DNA of 63,872 nucleotides, counting the filler, from Octopus bimaculoides (lineage: Eukaryota): the NCBI RefSeq assembly GCF_001194135.2. It is 4 parts of 4 records of this genome, joined end to end, with 100 filler letters (N's around TTAATTAATTAA, not from the genome) between each part and the next. Parts side by side here need not be neighbours in the genome. Positions count along the whole stretch, not along the records: positions 1 to 28,243 come from NC_068991.1; positions 28,344 to 35,319 come from NC_068987.1; 2 more parts are not named here. One strand, 5' to 3'. Positions 23,560 to 35,319 of this stretch are shown here, piece by piece. Each line of letters begins with the position of its first letter. The stretch's first letter is position 1. The notes under the pieces are model-generated. The model saw only the letters and a program-made list of their open reading frames with translations, searched no databases and was not told the origin of the DNA. The translations under genes were made by a program, and so were the position numbers.

Positions 23560-23868
23560 TTTTACCTTTTAATTGTTTCAGTCATTAGACTGCGGCCATG
23601 CTGGAGCAATGCCTTGAAAAATTTTAAGTCAAATGAAGCGACCCTAGTACTTTTTCTTTTTAAGCCTGGTACTTATTCTATTGCTCTCTTTTGCCAAACT
23701 GCTAAGTTATGGGGATGTAAACACAGCAACACCGGTTGTCAAGCAGTACTGGGGAATACAGAGACAAAGACAAACACACACACACACATACAACAAACTT
23801 CTTTCAGTTTCCATCTACCAAATCAACTCACAAGGTTTTGGTCAGCCCAAGGCTATAGTAGAAGACAT
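23560..23868 (-). mobile_element. SINE family A, head replaced by an RTE fragment
   Basis: gtttcagtcattagactgcggccatgctggagc..aaggttttggtcagcccaaggctatagtagaagacatttgc, then a switch to RTE sequence. Confidence 0.8.
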
Positions 23869-23869
23869 T

Positions 23870-24125
23870 TGCATGCTGAGGACATGTGTAAGCTTGCAAG
23901 GAATGAAGTGAGTATGCTCCACTGGATGTGTAATGTCAGTGTGCATACACGACAGAGTGTAAGTACCTTGAGAGAAAAGTTGGACCTAAGAAGCATCAGA
24001 TGTGGTGTGCAAGAGAGACGACTGCGCTGGTATGGTCATGTGGTTAGAATGGATGAGGATAGCTGTGTGAAAAAGTGTCACACCGTAGCGGTTGAGGAAA
24101 CCTGTGGAAGAGGTAGACCCAGGAA
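23870..24125 (+). mobile_element. RTE RT C-terminal fragment
   Basis: RNEVSMLHWMCNVSVHTRQSVSTLREKLDLRSIRCGVQERRLRWYGHVVRMDEDSCVKKC..CGRGRPR. Confidence 0.9.
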
Positions 24126-24129
24126 CTCA

Positions 24130-24550
24130 GCCACTCTGCCTCCATGAGGCCCAACGCTCAAAAGGTGTTCTTTACATGCTACTAGCACGCGTGCACTTGG
24201 CTTGATGGATCCTCTCAAGCACAGCACATCGCCAAAAGTCACAGTCACTAGTCATTGCCTCTGTGAGGCTCAAAGTTCGAAGATCATGCTTCACCACCTT
24301 GTTCCAGGTCTTCCTGGATCTACCTCTACCACAGGTTCCCTTCACAATTAGAGATCAGCACTTCTTTACACAACTGTTCTTTTTTCATATGCACCACATA
24401 ACCATACCAGTGCAGTCAGCTCTCTTGCACACCACATCTGATGCCTCGTATGCCTAACTTTTCTCTAAAGATGCTTACACTCTGTCCGACATGCACACTG
24501 ACATTGCATATCCAGTGAAGCATACTGGCTTCATTTCTTTCAAGTCTACA
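24130..24550 (-). mobile_element. RTE RT C-terminal fragment, inverted against 23870-24125
   Basis: LERNEASMLHWICNVSVHVGQSVSIFREKLGIRGIRCGVQES on -. Confidence 0.85.
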
Positions 24551-25551
24551 CAAGGTGCCATGTAAAAAGCATTGGTGTGGGTGCCAGGTACACTCTGTGG
24601 GATGGTTGGTGTTAGGAAGAGCATCCAGCCATAGTAACGAAGCCAAAACAGGCTATAGAACCTGGTGTGGCTGCTGGCCTTGCCAGTTCCTGTCAAGCCA
24701 TCCAACCCATGCCAGCATGGAAAACAGACGTTAAATAATGATGATGATGATATATATGCTAGCAGAGTTTAATTGGATGGTATTTGGTGCAGGAATTTTA
24801 TGGGCAGATGCTCTTCCTGTCACAAGCTCTTTTTTGTTTAGTAAGTATGGAATTTTTTTTTATTCCAAGGCAATTTGAAAGTGCAAAGTTTAATGGATGT
24901 TTAACATGTACAAATATGTCCTTGTTAAACATCCATTTGCTTCCTCCACAATACTTCTGTGATACTTTAAAACTTTTCTGTCAGTCATCTCTATCTCTCT
25001 GACTTGAACTGAGACAATGCATGCCTCTATGGAAAGTGAATGTAAAAATGATGATGATGATGATGATGAAGGGGATGTATGTATCAGTTGTTAATTTTGC
25101 ATCCATTTTCCCTTTCTAGCATTGGTTGCTGAAAAATTTATTATTGAAGCATTATTTTACAGTAGACACCCTTCCTGTTATTAGCCATTATCTGTTTTTC
25201 AAGTGAGGCATTTTATTCTAGTCACCTTCAAAAGTTCAAAGCAAAGAACTACTGCAAGATTTGTAAACATGGGTTGTTAATATAATGTCAACATTTTGCT
25301 TAAATGGTTTCTCAAAAAAAAAAAAAAAATGCCAAGCATATTCCAATACACACACGTATATATAAAGCATGCCACTGTGGTTAAGAAGTTTCCTTCTCAA
25401 CCACATGATTTCAGGTTCTGTTCCACTGTGTGGCACTTTGGGCAAGTGTCTTCTACTATAGCAAGAACTTCTTTCAGTTTTTGTCTCCCAAATCCATATA
25501 TGCAGGTGTGGCTGTGCAGCAAGAATCTTGCTTCTCAACCACATATAATTA

Positions 25552-26290
25552 TTTGTATCTAAAGCATCACTTTTAGATTTGTAACAGTTGATTATGGTGC
25601 TGCTACAGCAGTCATTGGGTATGACTCCTTCATGTATCACCTGGTTGACTATACAGGTGACTAGGCTATAGCCGACACTGCCAGATATTTTGAGCATCTC
25701 TGCGGTGATTCCTGATGGGCCAGGAGATTTCCCTGTCTTCATACCCTTAATTGCTTAATCTACTAAGGCACTGTCAATTCGGATAGCTGGTCCCTCTGTT
25801 GGGTCCGCATTCGGCAGGCTCTCTTTCTCCCATTCATTCTCTTTATTTAGCAACCTTTCATAGTGTCGTCTCCATACCTCTTTCTTTGCAGCATCATTTA
25901 ATGCAAGTGAACCATCATCTATGCAGACACATTTCTCTCCTATGACAGCATGATTCTCTCTCACACACTGTCTTGCAACATGAAATACCTCAAGTCTTTG
26001 GTCCTAAGGGATCGGGGTACCCTGTTAAAGGCTTTCTCCATGTCAGAACATTGGCAAATTTTTTTCTTATCTGCTTCCCTTTGGCTAAATAAACCTGTCT
26101 CCCAGCTTCCCTTCTGGCAGTCTAGTACCATTCCCTGCTACCACCATTCTTCCAGTCCATCCAAGGCTGTTCCTTTTCCATAATGGCCCTGTCAACAACA
26201 TTGTTCCACCACCACGTTATCTTGGATCAAGAGGGGACTTTGCACCATCCACAGATCTGGTCCATGGCCCTCAGCAGGTTGTGCCGTATG
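25552..26290 (-). mobile_element. RTE LINE internal fragment (linker plus RT N-terminus), frameshifted
   Basis: GEKCVCIDDGSLALNDAAKKEVWRRHYERLLNKENEW..MKTGKSPGPSGITAEMLK..GVIPNDCCSSTIINCYKSKSDALDTNNY. Confidence 0.9.
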
Positions 26291-26339
26291 TATATATATA
26301 TATACACACACACATACATATATATACATATATGTATAT

Positions 26340-26372
<33 letters not shown>

Positions 26373-26374
26373 CT

Positions 26375-26540
26375 ACACTCTCTGAGTGGTTGGCGTTAGG
26401 AAGGGCATCCAGCTGTAGAAACTCTGCCAAATCAGACTGGAGCCTGGTGTTGCCATCCGGTTTCACCAGTCCTCAGTCAAATCGTCCAACCCATGCTAGC
26501 ATGGAAAGCGGACGTTAAACGATGATGATGATGATGATGA
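26375..26540 (+). mobile_element. RTE-type 3' tail, little diverged
   Basis: gagtggttggcgttaggaagggcatccagctgtag..cccatgctagcatggaaagcggacgttaaacgatgatgatg. Confidence 0.85.
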
Positions 26541-26590
26541 TATATACACATAAGTATACATACTTATATATACATATATATATATACATA

Positions 26591-26686
26591 CATAAGGGAA
26601 AAATCCATTATTTATTCCCTATAAATATATTTATTTATATAAATAAATATATTTATAGGGAATAAATGATGGATTTTTCCCTTATG
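26591..26686. repeat. 96-bp spacerless palindrome
   Basis: cataagggaaaaatccattatttattccctataaatatatttatttat then its reverse complement, one mismatched pair. Confidence 0.95.
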
Positions 26687-26739
26687 AGGTTTTTTTCATG
26701 CTAACTACTTGATAAATTCTTACAAAGACTTTATCCTAT

Positions 26740-26888
26740 TATTGAATTATATATACATACATATACATACATACATAGACATAGATACATATATATATAT
26801 ACATACATATATACATACATACAAATATACATATATACAAATATACATATATACAAATATACATATATACAAATATACATATATACAA

Positions 26889-26931
<43 letters not shown>

Positions 26932-27063
26932 TAATAAAATAAATATATGAGTATGTGCGTATATACGTACATGTATGTATATACCTACATCTACATGTAT
27001 ATATAGATGCATATCTGGGTACAGGACGTAGCAAAAAAACGTGGACAAAATGATAAACGGAAT

Positions 27064-27107
<44 letters not shown>

Positions 27108-27190
27108 GCATACATATCTATATATATAAACACATACATATATATATACACACATACACATATATATATACATATTTGCACACATACATA

Positions 27191-27232
<42 letters not shown>

Positions 27233-27459
27233 TACATATATATACGCACACATACATATACATACGTATATATACATACATATACATATACATACATATA
27301 TATATACATACATATAATATTATTAGGGACAAAATCCAAAATTACAGGTAAAAAACTCAATTAAAATCAATTTATAAAAAATTAAAATTAAATTGAGCCT
27401 TATAGATAAAGTATATATAAAATATATACATATACATACATATACATACATATACGTAT

Positions 27460-27498
<39 letters not shown>

Positions 27499-27520
27499 AA
27501 CAATATATGAGTATATGCAT
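26740..27520. repeat. (TA)/(CA)-rich low-complexity tract with a 16-bp minisatellite (caaatatacatatata) near 26820-26890
   Basis: Direct reading. Confidence 0.9.
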
Positions 27521-27960
27521 ATATATGTACATGTATGTACATACCTTCATCTACATGTACATATAGATACATAACTGGGTACATGACGTGGCAAAAGAAC
27601 ATGGACAAAATGATAAACAAGGTACAACAAACAAACAAGCCACATAGAGAACATATCCTTCATCAGCTGCCACCATTAAAACACCAGCATTTCGAAGAAT
27701 TAAGGCAGTACACATCGTTAAAATGGCTCTTCCCACGAACACAAATTAAATTTTTTTCGTGGAGGATAGTGGTGGACGGAAAACAAGACAGGAAAACGAA
27801 ACGNNNNNNNNNNGTGGTGGACGGAAAACAAGACAGGAAAACGAAACGGTGAAATAAACAAACAAAAAGGCTGTACAGCCAGACGTGGAGAAGTGTGTAT
27901 GTATTGAAGGCTGTGAAGCACGAACTGGATTTCGAGGAAGTACATGCAAGCTTGGGGAGT
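27505..27960 (-). mobile_element. Interspersed repeat, probable PLE terminal region; homologous to 51400-51665 (+)
   Basis: Shared gggaagagccattttaacg..ttcgaaa..cagctgatgaag and ttttcctgtcttgtttt..ccactat; about 115 bp also duplicated at 26945-27060. Confidence 0.6.
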
Positions 27961-27982
27961 CCATATATATATATATATATAT

Positions 27983-28243
27983 CATCATCATCGTCTAACG
28001 TCTGCTTTCCATGCTAGCATGGGTTGGACGATTTGACCGAGGACTGGTGAAACCGGATGGCAACACCAGGCTCCAATCTAATTTGGCAGAGTTTCTACAG
28101 CTGGATGCCCTTCCTAACGCCAACCACTCAGAGAGTGTAGTGGGTGCTTTTACGTGTCACCCGCACGAAAACGGCCACGCTCGAAATGGTGTCTTTTATG
28201 TGCCACCCGCACAAGCTTGTCCAGGGGCACTGGCAACAATCTC
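27983..28243 (-). mobile_element. RTE-type 3' tail, little diverged
   Basis: Near reverse complement of 26375-26540. Confidence 0.85.
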
Positions 28244-29104
28244 NNNNNNNNNNNNNNNNNNNNNNNNNNNNNNNNNNNNNNNNNNNNTTAATTAATTAAN
28301 NNNNNNNNNNNNNNNNNNNNNNNNNNNNNNNNNNNNNNNNNNNTGAAAGGAACACAGAAAGAAACAAGGAGAGCAACAAGGAGAGAAACAAGGGGAAAAC
28401 TATAAAAGTAGTGGTGAGCGATCTATCATGGCGAATGCCGGACAGGAGGATCACTCAGAACAGCTAAGAAAAAAGGGGAGATAACAAAAAAGTGGTGAAC
28501 CCAAGCCGAGAACCTGCGTGTGTGTGAGAGAATGCTGGTGATCTTAACGTATGCATGTGTGTATGTAGGTGTGAAAGTGTGAAAATGTGGGGAAAGGAAT
28601 TGGTCAGTGCTAGTGTGTGCGTGGTGGTGTGTTGTGAAGCGATGTGTTGTGTGATATGGTGTAGCGTGGTGTAATGTGAGGGTGTTGGGAGGTGGGGGAG
28701 GCGAGGGCTTTGAAGGCGGGGGAGCGAGAGTGGGAAAGATTGGGTGGAGTGTGGGTTAGTCTGAGTGTGGGTGTACAGGTAGACAGAGGTTGGGTTGGGT
28801 GTAAGGGATGNNNNNNNNNNNNNNNNNNNNNNNNNNNNNNNNNNNNNNNNNNNNNNNNNNNNNNNNNNNNNNNNNNNNNNNNNNNNNNNNNNNNNNNNNN
28901 NNNNNNNNNNNNNNNNNNNNNNNNNNNNNNNNNNNNNNNNNNNNNNNNNNNNNNNNNNNNNNNNNNNNNNNNNNNNNNNNNNNNNNNNNNNNNNNNNNNN
29001 NNNNNNNNNNNNNNNNNNNNNNNNNNNNNNNNNNNNNNNNNNNNNNNNNNNNNNNNNNNNNNNNNNNNNNNNNNNNNNNNNNNNNNNNNNNNNNNNNNNN
29101 NNNN

Positions 29105-29330
29105 ACGACAACATTGAAATACAGTGAAGTCAAATTTTAGGTATATGTGACAAAACTGAATTTAAATCCACTGGGTGAACAAAACGGGAGAATAACAAAA
29201 TTATTTTTCAGGGAGAACGTATAAAACCGTAACAACATAGACATTTACGCACGACTAATTGAAATACACGAAAGTCAAAGTACAGACGGAAGTTAGTGTG
29301 CGTGACATGAAGTTAAAGAGAGGGAAAGAG
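29105..29330 (-). promoter_or_regulatory. Putative cornichon promoter/5' UTR leading into the gap that likely hides coding exon 1
   Basis: CpG-retaining, apparently non-repetitive segment; ETS-like ACTTCCG on - (29287-29293); no MAF..FAI.H exon found elsewhere upstream of 20213. Confidence 0.35.
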
Positions 29331-29342
29331 AAAGAGAGATAG

Positions 29343-29380
<38 letters not shown>

Positions 29381-29849
29381 TGTGTGTGTTTGTGTGAAAG
29401 AAACAGACATAGACTAAAAGAGAGGAACTATTACAGAGGATGAGAGGGAATGTGTGTGAGCAAAAGAAATAGAGAATGAGGAAAGTAGAGAGAAGAGAGA
29501 AATAAACAGAGAGAAAAGGGAGAGAATCGGTTGAAAAGTACAGAATTTTTTGAGAGAAAAACCCGTGTAAAACATTATTTTCCTTGGTTTCCCGCTTTAC
29601 GTGGGTGTCCTGGGCAAAACGTTATAGTGCGAGACCATCCTTGTCACATACGTAATGTGTATATAATGTTTGGTGAAAATCAAACGAAAAGCACGAGTAC
29701 TACACACTTACACACACACAACCTTTGTTTTGTATATGTAGAAAACGACATGTTTGTCTAATTTCATAATAAGTTTTGGCTTCGGATGCATTTTGAGAGA
29801 GCTGTTTATAGATAATCTAACAGGGGTTATTATGTCTCATAAATAGTTT

Positions 29850-30900
29850 CAGGTCTCCGTATAATGGCGATTGTTTATTGTTTACTTGTCGTCTGGTCTA
29901 GACAAAAATATATACGGGATAAATATTCTGCTTTAAAAATTCTGCGTCTATGTATCAGGTTGGTTTTAATTGTATTTTTCTTTTTCTGGCTATAGTATTG
30001 ATGGGTTCCATTTGGTGTTGCGTGTTTATTGCATGTGTTTTGTATAGAGTCAAGTTTATGCATGTAGAATATTTCCTAATTCCAAGAATGTGTTACATTG
30101 TCAAGCACTTTTCAAGTAACTGCTATAATTTTATAGTCATGTAACCCTTTCTGGTGTCTTTGTTGCTCCTCTCTGAACGTATTAGAGCTATCCAGGTGTG
30201 GATTCAGCTTGTTTAGTGTAGACACTTGATGTAAGGTCTCCGTGGATGCTTAGCGAGAGTCCTGTTGTTTCAGAGCATATGAATAAATATTTCGGGGAGT
30301 AAATAATATTTCCTTCAAGCATCCATACCGATATTGATTCGTATCTGCTTATGAATTCATTGAATGTTGTCAGCACATTTCCATTTGCTTGCAGTTCTTA
30401 ATGTCTTCCTGAGTACCTTGCCAGCTATATTGACAACACATCCAATCCTATTATATACATTTTCCTCTTTTCCTTTCTTCCTCTTTTCCTTTCTTATAAA
30501 TGATGCATTTTCATAGTGTGCCATATGTTCCTATATAGTCATCTAGAATGAGTTTCCGTTATGTTGGTGTATCCTTAAGTGTTATATTGTCTTTAGATAT
30601 TATCCCTACTGAATATTTAGGTTTTTCCTTGATATACATTATCGTTCTCCACGATTTTGCTCATATCATTTCTTTATTCTTTCTATTTGCTCTTTTACTA
30701 TTTTCATAGTTGTAAATATCATTTACAGTTTTCATTTCAGATTTTTCCTTTTCCTTTCTCATTTCCATAAATAACGATAGCATTTTTTTTTTTGTTTTCA
30801 TTTTGCTATAATATATTTTCTTTCCATAATTTTGGTTTTGATTTGGCTGAATGTCATACACTTAGAGTATCAAGTTCTTTGTCTTCAAGACTGCAACTTA
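29850..30900 (-). mobile_element. Heavily degraded PLE RT/thumb fragment
   Basis: LSLSIHGDLTSSVYTKQAES (compare ISI.GD...SIY.KPTD) and YYSQKKKNTIKTNLIHRRRIF (compare thumb TLLHRA..IC). Confidence 0.5.
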
Positions 30901-31159
30901 TAATGAATAGATAACATGATTCAATTTACTCTGGACAGAATTCCCTACGTGGCCATGTCATAGTTACTACGTCGCAGAACAGCATGAACATTTCTTGCTG
31001 GAAAGATGTTTACATTCACAATTGGTCTAAACCTTGTTGCTATATTTTCTCTGATTCTGCTTTCTGCTTTGTAGTTTTGGACTCGCCTGTATGCTCAATA
31101 TGGTTGATCTGTCATGATGCGTTTCTCTAATGCTCGATATTAGTTGTGGTGAAGAAATA

Positions 31160-31425
31160 TATTGTGTTGAGTCAAAAGTTTTGCCATATTTTGATAATTT
31201 ATTTTCTTTATTTTTCTGTTTACAACAAAAGCAGCTTAGCATTCAAAGTAGAAGCCATCGTGCTGCACTGTTTGAATGCACCATTCTGCCACTTGTACCA
31301 CTTCTTGTCTCCCGAGGAAAATAACTCATTTGCTGAAGCTCCCACTTTCTCTTGGTTGATTAAACGCCACGAGGGCTGGAGTGAGCAATAGATAGCAACA
31401 AGTAATAATCCGAGGAATAAATTAA
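31160..31425 (-). mobile_element. Mariner 3' end (transposase C-terminus plus terminal repeat)
   Basis: ELFSSGDKKWYK..AEWCIQTVQHDGFYFEC*, then aaaacttttgactcaacacaata. Confidence 0.8.
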
Positions 31426-31459
31426 GCAAGTGTCAGCTTCCGTAAACTATCGCCAAACT

Positions 31460-32003
31460 TGAATGATTCGAACTCAAGGAGATGCTCTTCATTTGGGGAA
31501 TTATGAAGGGATAATCCACTTTGAGTTCGTTTCGGTGGGTCGAACCATCGATGTGAACATGTTCTCCGACCAACTGCAGCGGATGTATGCCACAGTGCAG
31601 CAAAATACCCAGCGTTGGTTAACAGAAAGCGAGCTCTTCTGAAGTAAGACAACGCAAGACATCATACCACTCGAATGAGCAGGAATAAACTCCAAGAAAT
31701 GTTGGGAATAATAGCATATAGTTTGAACCTAGCTCCTTTGGATTATTTCTTGTTCCGATCCATGGTTTCACTTCCTCCACTTCTGACGTTTCATCAATCA
31801 AGAGGAGTCAGAAGCTTCACCGAAGAAGTTCTTCGCTTCGAAGGACAAGAACTTGTATCAGCGTAGGATCGAAAAACTGACAGAAAGTTGGCTTTAGACG
31901 GTGCAACAAGCTGGCCTTTACTGGAATGCTAGGGTGCTTTTCTTATAACTTGACGAATAAAGCAAATTAATTTCTAGAATATTGTAAAACGTTTGACTCA
32001 ATA
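31460..32003 (+). mobile_element. Mariner transposase catalytic/C-terminal fragment plus terminal repeat
   Basis: GIIHFEFV..DQLQRMYA..LVNRKRALLK*DNARHHT..AYSLNLAPLDYFLFRSM (Mos1-type DNARPH and YSPDLAPSDY motifs). Confidence 0.9.
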
Positions 32004-32175
32004 AATTTGAGGTAGCATAATCATTAGAGCATCGGACAAAATGCTTTGCTGTATCAAGTTACAGCACGGCATATGACATTCTGAATTCAAATGCCATCTT
32101 GGTCATTTTGACATTAACGCTTTGTGAATCGAGAGAATTTTCTTGTGCCAAATCGCCTGTAGCTAATAAAAGAAA

Positions 32176-32287
32176 TTCTTCTTCTTCTTCTTCTTCTTCT
32201 TCTTCTTCTTCTTCTTCTTCTTCTTCTTCTTCTTCTTCTTCTTCTTCTTCTTCTTCTTCTTCTTCTTCTTCTTCTTCTTCTTCTTCT
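32176..32287. repeat. (TTC)n microsatellite
   Basis: Direct reading. Confidence 0.98.
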
Positions 32288-32929
32288 ATATATATATATA
32301 TATATACACAATTAAATCAATAAAAAAGTGTACAGTTTGCATGAGTGTGATTTTCTTTGTAGGTATATGCATGAATTTATACACGAATGCATGTCTATAA
32401 ACCTGAACGTATATGTGCCTCTGGGAATACTACTAGTCACAATTCGTTAATTCCTGGTAGGAAGTAGCTGCGAAATATGATCGCAGGAATTAAGAAATGA
32501 ACGGTTAATATTCAGTGTGCATCCCTAAAGGTACGTTCATTTGTAAATATACATCGACAAACGTATCTAACAATAAAAGGAATCTGGTGGTATGATTAGT
32601 GTTAGTCGGGCAGTTACAAATATTGATTTGAACAAAGCGTATAGAGGCCATATTTCCAAGAGCTATAATTGAAATTCATTTAACATCTGTAGATAAATAT
32701 CAGTTACGGTTTTTTGTTTTCAAATTGGATTTGAATTATTGGTAAAACTGTTCAAAACCCTGTTAAACACATTGAATGTGGTTTTATATATAAATATTGC
32801 AGGGAAAATGTGTAATCAACTATTGGTTAATGTCTTGAAATTACCCTTTATGAACACACAATTTCATTGTCTCTAATTTAATGTCACTGTGTGTTTAGAT
32901 GATTAACTAGATGTCAAATCAAGTCAAGT

Positions 32930-33960
32930 TCTAATTATATAAAAACTGGAGGCTCTAAAACGGGAAACCGACTCCAATGAAATGGCAACATCCTATTTGT
33001 TTTCAAACAAGCTATGCAGCTATAATGCGGGGAACAATCTGAACAATCTAAGATGTGGGTCACGTGACTAAACCATTGTTATTCACTCCAAGACGAAATT
33101 CAAAGTTCAACACTACAACACTATTTAATTTTAGTGAGACACAAGAAATATGTTTCTTTAATCAACGTTTTGTTTTCTACTCCAAGTGCAATTACTGGAT
33201 TCAAATAGAATCTCTCTACCAGCCAGAAATACCAACAACATTTAAGCTACAGTATAACATCAATATAACAAATATGATTTCAACATAATTTTTGATATAG
33301 TATATCGGAAGCCAGTGTGGGCGTTACATGAGCAGCTATAATTATTTCCAACTCTTCTAAGCTGAGATAGACTAGAGTTAGAGAAAAGCATCAATGAAAA
33401 TTGGATGGACAATTTGAGTGTGATTGACATAAACATATTATTCATCAATCAAGTGTCCTTCCTGTGTTCAGGAATCAGCTTACCAAGCCTCTCCAGTTCC
33501 CTGTGTTGTACTGCATGCAAAAAAAAACAACAAAAGAAAAGAGATCATAAAATGGTCAACGTAGGGAGCCAGTTTTACGATGAAAGACAAAAACTGTAAC
33601 CACCAAACTTAAGGTAGAAAAAGTTTTCAAACCGAAAGGCCATTTCATTGACATTTTTGATTATGGATACCTTCCTGTAGATTTCAAAATCTAAGTTCCA
33701 ATCAACATGGCGCAGAGACCTAAGGCCAGCAATAGCTCTAACTTGCAGGCTTGTTGTCATGTCTCATTCCTTACAGTTATGGTAGGATGAATAAAAATCA
33801 AACCAGATTCAGCTTTCCGTCAGGAGCAATTTGAATTTAGGGCTAACGGAGGCACAAGTAATGCTATATTCTGGTACAACATTTTAATATAGAAGGAAAT
33901 GGAAACATGTAACATTCTATTTGCTTGATTCGGAGCAAGTGTTTGTGACATCGTACACTA
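32930..33960 (+). mobile_element. Degenerate RTE/BovB-type LINE fragment
   Basis: EQFEFRANGGTSNAIF near 33825-33870 (compare QFGFR..RGTR.AIF); upstream frames broken. Confidence 0.5.
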
Positions 33961-33999
33961 TAAACAGCTCATCACATATTTGTAAGAACCGGTTTAGAA

Positions 34000-35319
34000 A
34001 GAAAGGCATAAGAATTATTTGAATTGTTATATTTTAACCAAAGTTTACTCATCAACATAGACCAGAAATCATTTACAACCACCACTTTTGAACCATAGAA
34101 ATCATTTAAAATCACCACTTTTGAACCACCCAAAACTAAACAGGGAACAAGCTTACAGACAACGCATTTATGAAATAGATTGCACCAAACATAAAGATCA
34201 CCTATACACCAGGAACAGAACACACCAACAACGTCCCAATACCAGGCATAACCACCCCATAACAACCCAAAACAACACTAGGATAAGAAACACACCACAT
34301 GCTAGTCACTACTACCCTATGACCCAAAATTACTGGCCCCCACCGAACTCAAGAACAACACAAAATAACATCAGATCAAGAAACATCCCACATACTAGAG
34401 TTACACACATCACTAACCAAAACACCCATAGACACCCACACACATATAACAATCTAAGGCAACAATACTACCATTCCCCCGAACCAATCCCATATAACCT
34501 AACAGACAGCTCATGCAAACAAAATTAAAAACAACATTTTTTAGCCCCAGGCCAGAGACACTAGGACACAGGCTGGAATCTAGTAATCAGAAAAAACCGA
34601 AGATAATCAATCTCTCAAGCATAAAAATAGACATCCTTTCAAAAGGGCTAAAATTCACCTCAACTCCACGCAGAGCCAACCAAAATGAAGTGAAGGACAG
34701 TATAACAGAATTCTGTAGAAAATTAAGACTCACAGAAGTATTTACCAATCACAACACTGAAGATGACTCACTAGTCAAAAACAAAAGTGAGCACATCCCA
34801 CACAAAGGTAGAAATAAAAATCTAGATGAATTCTGCAACCTCATCGAGAACTTTCCTTACCACACCATGCATAAACAGAGAGTAAACTCAAACTTTAACA
34901 CTACACAATGGAAGGAACTAATAGAACTGATGAAGACATTACGATTAAGGAAGCAGATAAAGGAAGTGCAGTAGTAATAATGTACACATTATACTATAAA
35001 AACCTAATAATCTCCATGCTGGATGACAACCAACACTATGAAAAAGTCACACACTACACCCCACAAAAAATAATGAAAACCCTGTCCTCACTAATTAAAA
35101 CACATGGAAATGAACTGACAACCAAAGAGATTGATTTTCTAACAAACTTCAAATGCAAGCCCAGCCTTTTCTATGGTCTGCCAAAAATACACAAAAGCCA
35201 AATCATAAATGAAACCATCAAAAAATCACCAAAGACATACATACATACACCAAACCCGGGGGATCTAAAACTGCGACCCATCATAGCTGGCCCAGCCTGT
35301 GAAACACACAGACTAAGTC
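34000..35319 (+). mobile_element. Penelope-like element, 5' half of ORF with frameshifts, cut by a gap
   Basis: IINLSS..ILSKGLKFTSTP..FCRKLRLTEVF; ITIKEADKGSAVVIM; FYGLPKIHK; LKLRPIIAGPACETHRLS. Confidence 0.93.

Noticed and set aside
26709-27638. Many YI/HT/CV-rich ORFs and long X-containing ORFs across the window (for example 42070-43019, 44309-45592, 49481-51477, 54843-57215)
   Set aside because: Translations of dinucleotide or trinucleotide microsatellites or N-gaps
27770-27848. 35-bp direct repeat on both sides of a 10-N gap (similarly 61930-62147 versus 62324-62546)
   Set aside because: Typical unmerged contig overlap; cannot be taken as a real duplication
28288-28299. TTAATTAATTAA islands inside N-runs (also 35364-35375 and 60846-60857)
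   Set aside because: Identical 12-mer with stops in all six frames, centred in N-runs: a contig-joining linker, not biology
29864-29958. Possible first exon of a + gene (MAIVYCLLVVWSRQ...|gttggt)
   Set aside because: The opposite strand reads as a PLE thumb remnant, and no downstream + exons could be chained
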